From Octopus vulgaris (lineage: Eukaryota), in NCBI GenBank assembly GCA_951406725.2, contig OX597819.1, forward strand, positions 96,596,001 to 96,660,000: a DNA stretch of 64,000 nucleotides, written 5' to 3'. The notes below the pieces were generated by a model, which was not told the origin of the DNA, did not search any database, and was given only the letters and a program-made list of their open reading frames with translations. Below are positions 12,690 to 23,113 of this stretch, in pieces; the stretch's first letter is position 1, and the number at the start of each line of letters is the position of its first letter. The translations under genes and the position numbers were made by a program.

Positions 12690-13580
12690 ATCCCTTATCT
12701 TTATCGACAAAGGAGGAAGGTGTCACCATTACCATTTATCTTTACACGAATCCTTGTCAAATACTGAAGTTTATCTTAATCAGCTGCTCCCTCACCCAAG
12801 GCACTTATCTTGGTGCATTACTATGCACCCCTAGGTTTTCTGCAGTTGAAGCTAGCCATCATGTTTTGCATTCTGTTTCACTAGTTTGACGTAAATAGTA
12901 GTTGCCTAGTTTTCTGTTGGTGGAATTTCTGGAATATCAAACTCTTTCTTAAAGTGCCTTACTTTATTCTTGATGGAATATACAGAGATTTGGGGGAGTA
13001 AGTTGTTTTGTTTTTGACTACTTTTCGTCGAACCCAGTAGTGAGAGTCTTGATAGTGAGTTCGTGCTGAGTTAGATCTCATCCTCTGAAAGCCTTTGGTA
13101 GACACAAGATATGGACATCACTTTTCGCATAGTGCATCATTATGGTTAGAATCTTCGTTGTCTTGGTGCCCAGTCTCTAGATATCATTCAGTTTCCAGTT
13201 GAAGATGTTGAAGCTAGCTCACTACGAGTATTGTCAGGGAGTTAATTGCTTTAAATTTATTAGTCACAATCATCTCACATTTTAGCTCTACATACACTCT
13301 CCTGTTGTACTCTTTCCGGTACTTGTATATACTATCTTGATCTCCTGCTCACGGTGGCAGTATTAAGATCCTGGTTTGTGATCTTGGATAATTTTTCTCT
13401 CTTGAAGGTAAACATAACACATTCGTCGATTCTGAATTCTATTGCGACGTCGTCGGTTGAGATTTCGACGATATTGAGTAGACCCTTCTGCTGGTTGTCG
13501 TCCCTGGCAAACATCTTGAAATCGTCAGTGTTGAACAAAAGGTTCAGTTCGTTATACTGCGAGCTGTACGAAAAGCTACT
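12690..13580 (-). mobile_element. R4/Dong-type (RLE) non-LTR retrotransposon, decayed RT fragment
   Basis: LNLLFNTDDFKMFARDDNQQKGLL..FRIDEC matches the HLLFMDDLKL.A...FG.DKC motif. MMHYAKSDVHILCLPKAFRG matches HHP.SD..RLY.PR..GGRG. Confidence 0.78.
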
Positions 13581-15145
13581 GTTGTTCTGCAAATTACTGA
13601 GTGGAGCGAATGCAAGGCAAATCGACAGACAGTGATAGACAGACAACGATACACAGTCACAGAGACAATCAAATTAGCTGTTAGTCGCACTGCTACGCAC
13701 AGACTCGACAATTCTACGTTTCTCTGCAGAAATCTCATCAATTTCCACATTAAGTTCAACAGTGTATATTCATCCTAAGCCTGGATATGCAATCGAGGTA
13801 TCTAGCCAGGATATTTATTCATCGCAATCTCTGCTTCAGAAATATCAGTTTATATCAAATAGAATCTCCTTTCAAGTGGTTTTGGGGTTGAACCAAGGCG
13901 GGTTTCTTTTTTTCTAGTTTTCTTTTATCTTAACAGAATATATATATTTCTAAAGAACTGAGTCTCCTTTGTTATTTTACCAACACTTACCTCCACCGTT
14001 ACCACCAACACCATTACTACTATCACCAACATCAACACGACTCTGAGTCCAATACCGCCACGACTGCTACCGCCAACACCAACACTACCACCACTGCAAC
14101 CACTACAATTACCATCACCCCATCTCCCCTACCACCACCACCAACAACAGCAACACCATCAACAACGACACCAGAAACCACTATCAACAACACTAACACC
14201 ACCACCACCACCACCACCTCCCCTCCTCCGATATCCATTCTGCTACCAAGTTTGGTTGTTTCTGATGTTGATTAGCCCTAGGCCCAGCCTTCATCAAGCC
14301 AATATATGATCGATAAGGGTTCCTGTCATGACCATCGCATCATATCAGTGTTGAGGCAACATGGTTCAATACATATTTTTTTTTAAAGTTAGTGAAAGTT
14401 GTTTGGGTGTTATTTCTTGCATGTCTAACAAACCAGTAGAAACTCCTTTGTTTAATATTGTTGTTGAAGTTGCTGCTGTTGTAGATGTTCTTGTCATTGA
14501 TATTGCTTTTCGTTGTTGTTGTTGTTGTTTTTGTTGCCGCTGTTCTTTTTCTTGTTGGTATAATTGTTCCTCTCACTAACCAATCTTCGTATTGTTCCGT
14601 CACTCTTACACTCCTTATTGTTGTTGTTCTTCTTCCTATTGTTCTACAAGTTCTTCATACAACATTTACGGTCGCTGCTGTTTTTGTTGCAGCTTTTCTT
14701 GTTCTTGTTGCTGCTGCTGCTGTTGTTGTTGTTGCATTTGCACCTGTTGGAGGAGGCAGTTGTTATTCCAGCTGTTATTGTTGATGTTATTGTTGTTGCT
14801 GTTTTAAGTAGCCCAACTACTGTATACCTGTATGTGAACATGTATTTATATAAAGAATTGCCTGGTGTTCGGTTTATGCGTGCGCACACACATTCACACA
14901 TATACTCAAAGAAAAACGAAAACACACATATATAAGTGTGTGTGTGTATGTAGGTGTTTGTGCGTGTGCGTGTGTGTGTATTTGTTGTGTGTTTATGTAT
15001 ATGTATATATATACATACACACATATACTCATACATTATTTACGCTTGTATGTATGTATATACGTATATACATATATATATGTGTGTGTGTGTGTATATA
15101 TATATAGAGAGAGAGAGGGGGGGAGATAAATAGATAGATAGATAA

Positions 15146-15180
<35 letters not shown>

Positions 15181-15181
15181 C

Positions 15182-15256
<75 letters not shown>

Positions 15257-16149
15257 CAAACAGACACACATAGACACTGATGTACTCTTTTGGTTATTTT
15301 CTTACCCATAAATAAACACACACGCATACGCACACTGACTATTATGCACACAAGTAAACACAGTTTGCACTCTGAGAAGAATTTCAAAATTAGATAAGAA
15401 TGCAGGAATTTGTGTATTGGTGAAAGCTTACCCTGTTTCAACCTTTTCCTCCTACCCAACCATACATCTCCCACTGTATGTGGAAGAAAATAATACGTTG
15501 TTGTGTGTTCTTCTCGAATGTTCTCTCTTAAACAACCTTTTAGTTGTTTTCACTCTTCGTGTAACGCTTGCAGCGAATGCTATCACCTCTCGCCTATATA
15601 ATGAAGAACTTTCAGCAGAAGGAAAACACAAAGCTGAGCAAGATAACAGACCCTGCAAAACACAGTAGTTGGCTTTTTAGGAGAAGTTATAAAAAATGTT
15701 ACCATTTCTGTTGGCCAACTATAAAGCGGCCTTTATGAATAATTGAAACAGAATATATTTGGAATTCAGGAATGGAGCTCAAGGTTACGAAATTGTTATC
15801 TTGTCAATTTAAATGCAGACAAACAACAACAACAACAACAGCAGTTGAGGTCTAAATTGATATGGGAAAATCTAAACAACCCGGAAGTTGTCTTATTTAA
15901 ATCTATTAAACATTTAACTGACTTGCTAACAATGTTTCCTTTGATGCTGAAATCTAGACCAAATAAAACTCTGTGGGAATCCCACTACCATTGTCTTCAT
16001 TGTTTCTATTCTTCAATACTTCTACTGTATTTTACTATAAATAAAGTTCTTGTTCATTTTACAGAAGAATACAATTATCTTTTAGTAGACATATTCTCAA
16101 CCCTCTCACTCGTTTTCGTGGTGATTCCCGTAATGGCGGTATCTTTTAC

Positions 16150-16310
16150 TGAAAAACAGTGGTGGATATCAGAATCAGCAGAGTGACAGAAGCATATACC
16201 CTGTGGTATTTGGTCGCGTCTCTTTAGGCTCCGAGTTCGATTACAATTCCGATCTTTCTCGGATCGTTAAGGTTAGTAGCAGTTCAATACTGAGGTCAGT
16301 TTCATTTGTA
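16150..16310 (+). mobile_element. Very diverged family-1 SINE
   Basis: Remnants GGTGGATATCAGAATC, GGTATTTGGTC, CCGAGTTCGATT and TTTCTCGGATCG..AGTAGCAGTT occur in the correct order. Confidence 0.5.
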
Positions 16311-16449
16311 CCTAGGTCGTATTTTTTTTACTCCTCATCCTTAAAACACAAAAATATTTAGAGGAAGATTTTCGTGTCTTTCAAAACTATTATACTCTTA
16401 TAAAGTTGTGCATCTAATTATATTTCTTATAAAATGTCAAATACCATTA

Positions 16450-16698
16450 TTATTTATTTTTTACCCCATACTTGTTTCAGCCACTGGACTGCGGCCATGC
16501 TCGGTCACTGCCTTGAAAGTTTTGATCTAACAAATCGACCCCTGTACTTATTTGCTTATTTTTTAAAGTATGGTTCATATTATGTTGCTCTCTTTTGTCG
16601 AACCGCTAAATTATGGGGACGTAAAGACCCATCACTGGCTGTCAAATGGTGGAGGAGGACAAACATAGTACAAGTACAAAGACACAAACACACACACA

Positions 16699-16700
<2 letters not shown>
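16450..16700 (-). mobile_element. SINE family 2, 3' half
   Basis: CTTGTTTCAGCCACTGGACTGCGGCCATGCT...GAACCGCTAA matches 49490-49620. Confidence 0.85.
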
Positions 16701-16767
<67 letters not shown>

Positions 16768-16769
16768 CG

Positions 16770-17170
16770 CTTTTGTATTTGGTTTGCATGATTCTTCGTG
16801 TGAATTCGTGTGTTGAAACAAATCTTGTGTCTAGGGAGGGTTATTATGTCAATAAAAATAAAAATAAACACACGCACTGGTTCAATACCAGTTCGTTATT
16901 TTATCAACGAACTATTCAATGGTTTGTTTAATGTGTTGATTGAACAATCAGTCAGTTGTTAGTGTTCCCTGTCAAAGAGAGAGCCTGTCGTTGATAAAGT
17001 CACAAATAGCGACAAAAGGACACTGTCGGAGAAAACTAACGACCGATTTATTGTTCAATCAACACATTACACAAACCATTGAAAAATTGATAGAATAAAG
17101 AAGTCTTTATTTGAATTTTTATTGGCATAACGACCCTTCCAATACAAAACAATATATACACACGTGTTCT
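16770..17170. mobile_element. Fold-back (long imperfect palindrome), MITE-like
   Basis: 16915-16948 and 17050-17083 are reverse complements at 33/34 nt, and pairing extends out to about 16825/17150. Confidence 0.7.
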
Positions 17171-17204
17171 GTCATAATCGCTCTATGAAAGTGAGACATG
17201 AATT

Positions 17205-17830
17205 ATTTATTGTAAGCATTTGAAGCATTTCGAACGATTCATTAATATTGTCTTCGGAAAATTCTTGGGATAAACTGGAGAATGGCGATCAGTGACGTAG
17301 AGGTACTTGAGAGCAGTTGTAGTGGAAGTGTAGAATCGATCATTCTGCAAAGTCGTTCGAGGTAGGGTGAACAATTGGTGAGAATGAACGATAAAAGACT
17401 TCTTGGGCAGCTTTTGTATGGTCTGCTGGAAGATCGTAAATGGCAGCACTTAAATCCAAAATGTGATTCAAAGACTGCCTTAAAACTGTTTTGATACAAA
17501 CAGGAATTTCAGATGTTGATTGGGAGAGAGAAGCACAAGATTGAAATGGATGGAAGAAAAGAGTCCTCAGTGGCTGCTCGAAGTTTGAAAGAGAAGATCA
17601 ACAGCAAGCTTAGAATGAATGAACCAATAGAAAATGAAGTATTGAGTTTTACGTATGTGATTTGTAGGAGGAAAGCTTTAGTCATGCAGGCCCGCTCGCC
17701 CATCAAAGAAGCCATAGGAATTGACTCCTTGTAAATCACGATGCAGCTATTGTTCCCAACAGATCATGTTCCCAACAGAGCTGTGAAAAGCCGTGCCGTT
17801 CAGTTGGAGGATTAAAAAGACATGTCAAAA
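17205..17830 (+). mobile_element. RTE-clade LINE 3' fragment, decayed
   Basis: CLRKILGINWRMAISDVEVLESSCSGSVESIILQSRSR*GEQLVRMNDKRLLGQLLYGLL is a typical RTE post-RT region. Confidence 0.8.
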
Positions 17831-18049
17831 GGCTTCATATTGTGGCACCGGTTCCTTCTGCCAGCCAGCGCAACTGCATTATGCAATATAAGGTGAAAAT
17901 CTTTGGCGGGGCTCAGGAGTCATATAAGGGTCTTACATTGCATTATCAACGACTCATTTCAATGATTCTTTCTAGCAATGGCTTTACTCGTATCCGAGAA
18001 AGCAGCTACTATATATGTATATATATGTATACATACATATATATCTCTC

Positions 18050-18970
18050 TCTATATATAAAACTGAGAATGTGTGTCTGTCTGTGTGTTTCCCTAAAACT
18101 TGAGAACTACACAACCAATTTCATTCAAATTTTACACATGCCTTACTTAGGGTCCATGTAGATTCATGGGCAAAAGAAATTTCAACTTCTTGCCTGGGGC
18201 GAGCCCATAGCAATATCATATCTTCTCCACTATTTCAGTATTATGTGTTAAAAGTGAAACAAAAACATTTCTCTATTTTATGTCAGATACTTTCACTTTA
18301 ACAATAAAAATCAGAGATAATAATAACAATTGAATTACATGTAGTAAGTAATAATTAAAATCAAACTAAAGTATAATATAATCGCAACATAACAAAAGTA
18401 AAAATAGCAATTAGTATAAAATTGCATCAATGACTTGAATAAGTGGTTTCACATGAATGGGAATAAATTAAAAATAAAATTGGTGTGAAGAAATGGAATA
18501 GTCCAGATGGAGCTGTGCACATACCGTTTACCACGGCTTTTACAGTAGATTATCTGCTAATTAGCTTGCATTAAGTATCTATATGAAGTTTGGCTGTATG
18601 TAATGTCTGTTTTCTCGAACAGCCGCTTCTACTGAGTACTGCTGTTGGTTTATTACTTATACATAAAGGACTATAGCTTTAACTGCATGCTGCTTTTTAA
18701 TTCACCGTAAGGTTTGTTGTTATTATTATTATTACTGTTTAACTATTGTTATCACGTTTGTTGGTTACTCGTAAGGGAAACGTTGTTGCGTTGCATTTGT
18801 TAAATAATTGTAAACTGTAAGCACAGACCCCCCCCTTTGGGAGAAGGAGCTTTGGTTATTGTTTAAAAATTGAATTGTGCCCTTGTTTGGGGAAATTGAC
18901 AATATTTTCACCGTTTATACGGAAGCATTTTTGTTAGAATGCCTTCGATAGAAGAAAGTCTAAAAATGAA
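18050..18970 (+). mobile_element. Probable Helitron-type element, 5' part
   Basis: Starts TCTATATATAAAACTGAGAATGTGTGTCTGTCTGT, the usual 5' signature of invertebrate Helitrons. No 3' hairpin or CTRR seen; truncated by (TA)n. Confidence 0.45.
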
Positions 18971-18973
18971 TTT

Positions 18974-19022
<49 letters not shown>

Positions 19023-19049
19023 TGTAGATCGTATACGAGTGGGTATATA

Positions 19050-19400
19050 TTTATAAAAAAGAAGTTTGAAAACGCTACTATATAAGATAAATTTTAATTT
19101 TCTTAGATATTTTACATGTTTCGGTTCTTCTTGAAAAAACGAACCTTATCAAAAATATTTTAAAAAGTTAAGTGTAATAAAAAAAGTTCATAATTGTTTC
19201 TTACTGGTCTCAACAGCCGCGGGTCATTCGAACACAAGACAGCTAAAAACAACCACGTGGGTCCTGTTGAGATCAGTAAGAAACAACTATGAACTTTTTT
19301 GTTACACTCAACTTGAAACTTACAGCTATTATACTTACTACCGACGAAACACCACCACGTGGATTCTGTTGAGACCAGTTAGAAACAATTATGAACTACA
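19050..19400 (-). mobile_element. Short PLE-type repeat with a decayed hammerhead motif and an internal inverted repeat
   Basis: Hammerhead-like fold at 19106-19160. Inverted arms at about 19165-19213 and 19264-19314, with a third arm copy at 19355-19398. Confidence 0.55.
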
Positions 19401-19410
19401 TATATATATG

Positions 19411-19726
19411 TAGGAGCACTCTGTCGGTTACGACGACAAGGGTCCCAGCTGATACGATCAACGGAACAGCCTGCTCGTGAAATTAACGTGCAAGTGGCTG
19501 AGCACCCCACAGACACGTGTGCCCTTAACGTAGTTCTCGGGGAGATTCAGCGTGACAAGGCTGGCCTTTTGATATACAGATACTATTCATTTTTGTTAGC
19601 TGAGTGGACTGGAGCAACGTGAAATAAAGTGTCTTGTTCAAGGACACAACGCGTCGCCGGGAATTGAACTCAGGATTTTACAATCGTGAGCCGAATGCTC
19701 TAACAACTAAGCCACGCGCCTTCACA
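19411..19726 (-). mobile_element. tRNA-derived SINE, family 3, full length
   Basis: Minus strand has A box TGGCTTAGTTG and B box GAGTTCAATTCC, then GTGTCCTTGAACAAGACACTTTATTTCAC (CORE/V-like central domain). Confidence 0.85.
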
Positions 19727-20130
19727 ATGTATTTATATATAAATACATACATACATACATACATACATACATACATTTACTTTGTTATGTCGCTTCACCA
19801 ACCTGACTTCTCGCGCCTACATTTGTATTTGTATACAAACCTTACCAGTGATTTATCAGATATCTGCCATCAAAAAAAAAAAAAACGTTTTTTATTGAGA
19901 ATTTATCAGCGACTACCTGAGTACTCTCTCCTATTAAATAGAGCTCTCAGTCTATTTTCCTATATAAACTTTAAACGAAAATGGTCACTACTTCAATAAA
20001 ACCGTCGGGCGAAACTTAAAATAGTGACAACCAAAGAAAACTTTAAAATAAAACTGTAATTTCAATATTGAGTTTCCCCATATTTGAAAATAATAACAAA
20101 CTGTATTAAACACACACACACACACGCACG

Positions 20131-20188
<58 letters not shown>

Positions 20189-20398
20189 CACACACATCAT
20201 TGTATTTGAGACTATTATAGAAAGTTATAATCCATTTGTCAGACCGTGAGACTTTTTCAAAACTACATTTGAAAAAGTCTCACGGGTTAAAGCAGGATTA
20301 TGAATTTGTAAGACAGTTACAAAATACAATTCTATATAGTTAACGTTGTTTCCTGAAAATTTGTGCGCGTTTTTGGCTACCTGAAAGTACATAATAGC

Positions 20399-20445
<47 letters not shown>

Positions 20446-20447
<2 letters not shown>

Positions 20448-21001
20448 GCCCTGATGCAGTACCAGGTAGTGGCTCCCGTGGCTTCTGATCTTAACTGATT
20501 GGAAGTGTTATCATGTACATTGTTTTGTCTTAGTATAAAAGAGGGGCTACAGCAAATATTCTGCTCAATTCCACAGATTTGCTTGTCAGTTGTTTGACTT
20601 TAACCAGTTGAGCATGTCCCTTAGTGGCTGATGATATGTGCATCTCTGATCACAAGCAGAAGTAGTGGGGGAGCATCATAGCCATGTGTTGAGAGGGAAT
20701 CTTTGGGGTTTGAATAATTCACCTTTGGAAACATGGGTGGTTCGTTCAACAGCCTTAAACAATCCTTATTCAGGGACCTTTTGGGCGGGATGGGCTACTC
20801 GACCAGAAGAAAATTCTAACTGGGCCCCATCTGCAAGGTCATGCGCTGTTTATCTTGATATGAGATCACCATCTCGCACACATATGGTTGTGATGCAAGT
20901 GCCTGGTGTACCCTTATCAGACGGGTAGTCATGATGGGTATACTGGGCTTCGTATATTTTACCCTAGTGTCACTTTGATGGCATGCACTGCTCTCTCACT
21001 C
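20446..21001 (-). mobile_element. Non-coding interspersed element of about 555 bp ending in (TTA)n; probable non-autonomous retroposon
   Basis: GC-richer block sharply bounded by (AAT)n at 20397-20445 and CAATAAT at 21001. No credible ORF. Confidence 0.45.
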
Positions 21002-21009
21002 AATAATAT

Positions 21010-21202
21010 ACTTATCGCTATTTCGACTGCCGCTACATTCTGAGTTCAACTTCCGCCGAGGTCGACACTGTCTTTAATCCTTTCGGGGTCGATTAAATAA
21101 GTACCAGTTACGCACTAGGGTCGATATAATCGACTTAATCCATTTGTCTGTCCTTGTTTGTCTCCTTTGTGTGTAGCTCCTTGTGGGCAGTAAAAAAATA
21201 AG
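21010..21202 (+). mobile_element. Family-1 SINE, tail B, head truncated
   Basis: CTGAGTTCAACTTCCGCCGAGGTCGAC...TTTGTCTGTCCTTGTTTGTCTCCTTTGTGTGTAGCTCCTTGTGGGCAGTAAAAAAATA. Confidence 0.9.
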
Positions 21203-21539
21203 ATGTGGTTAAGGGTAACCTCATTATTCCCACGTCAAGACTTCACAACCGGATGCAGTTTCACATCATACCAAGGTCATATTATTGTTCCTTATGGCGT
21301 TGTTAATGCCTTTCATATCATTTCTGTTTTCCTGGCTATTTCCTGTAGCCACAATAGATCTATTGTTATTGTTGATCTTTCTATGATCGTTACTGCAACT
21401 GTCATTTTTGTCCTTATAGTGACTGCCTTCTGTACTCAGGGTGGCTCAGCTGCTGATATTGCTTTTTAGAGTTGTTGCTGTTTTGTGTTCGCTTCGTTCT
21501 GTAGCCATACGAAATGGACTGGCAGTATGGTTTGCTAGC

Positions 21540-21576
<37 letters not shown>

Positions 21577-22125
21577 GATTTATTTATTTTTTTTTTCTCG
21601 TTTTTGGATTTGGTTTGTAAGATTTGTTATATGAGTTCGTGTGTTGAAGCATATTCTGTTGTGTCTGGGGAGAGTAATTTTCTTTTTGTGCCTTATAATG
21701 TAACACACTCAGCAGTAAAATTTCCTCTTATTTCTTATTTTTATTTTCCTAAAATTTTCGTTGCGTCTTGCAACCTTTTCAAGAGTCTTGACTCTGTCCT
21801 TTATTTACACAGCGTTCCTTTTTGTTTGTTTATGCGCATGTATGTGGATCAGTGTGTGTGCCTATGCATGTACGTATGTATGTGTGTATATATGTATTCA
21901 TGTATGTGTGTATGTATGTATGCATGTATGTGTTTGTATGTATATATATGTGTGTGCATCTGTATGTATCCTGTATATTCATGTGCTTGCATATCTGTGT
22001 TTGTGTATTTTCTATGTATGTGTGTGTGTGAGCATGTGTTTGTATATGTATGCACCTCTGTGTCCTTGTGTGTGCATGTCTGTGTGTGTGTATGTGTGTG
22101 TGCAAATATGTACCATGTTTGTATG

Positions 22126-22864
22126 CCCGCCGAAGAACCCTAAGGCTTCGAGAGGTGGGGGAGAGACTCCGGACAAAGCGGAAGAGCTACACTCTCCCGA
22201 AGTCAGGAAGAAAAGAAAGAAGAAGAACGGGTCATTGCAGGTGGGATATGATGTGCCGTCTGCATGTCCCGAAGTTGTGCCACCCTGGGTGGAAGAAACG
22301 ATCCCACCTTTAAAGATGATCAATTGATTATCTTTTTCTACAAGGGCGGGGAGGTGGAAAATAGTAGAAGAACATAAAGAGACAGTAGAAATACCCTTCA
22401 CACGGGATCCCGAATGGCCTCCGCAGATAGCTGTGGAGGTCATAAGGTTTCCCTTGTGGAAAAGGCTTAAAGGATTTGGGGAGGAGTGTCGCATATGGCC
22501 GGCTGGTCCTTACACGACTTACATGTCCTACATGAGTGAGGCATGGGAAATGGTTGGATACAGGAACTCAAGCGGCATTGAAGATAATGATGGATATATT
22601 GATGGATATATCGATGAGTAGGAGGTTAAAAAGCCTCGTTAGAGGGTTTGAAACATCATCCTATTGTATTATTTGTAGTGGTTTATAACCTCAATTGTGT
22701 GTTTAAAAAAAACATGTTAAGTAACAGATTTTAGTGCCTCCTTCTTGTAAGAGGTGTGAAACCTCATATTGATTCTTAAAAAAAGAAAATATGTTTTCGA
22801 GAAAAATCCAGTCGACGGGTGTTGGGTTTCGTCTCTCATTTATTCATTTTATTTCATTTTCATT
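22126..22864 (+). pseudogene. Orphan coding remnant of about 165 codons with one internal stop, plus a 3' UTR and (CATTT)-like tail; possible ORF1-only retroelement 3' end
   Basis: ORFs 21761-22327 (non-repetitive part) and 22433-22621 are in the same frame, and a single TGA at 22325 interrupts it. Confidence 0.5.
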
Positions 22865-23113
22865 AGGTAAGCAAGCTACTTTATTTCATATAATTTGCCA
22901 TTTAGGCATTTACAAAGAGGGGACAAACAAGGACAGACAAATATAAAGGGTGAAGTAGCTTAACACAGTTAAAATTTTCGAATGAAGTTATGGATAAGAT
23001 TATAAACAATGGATTTTACGAAGACAATGTTTAAAAATATTACTTAATGATCATGTCGAAGGACAGACACCCAGCCATCCGGGTAGAACCTTTACTTTTT
23101 GATCCGGTCACAC

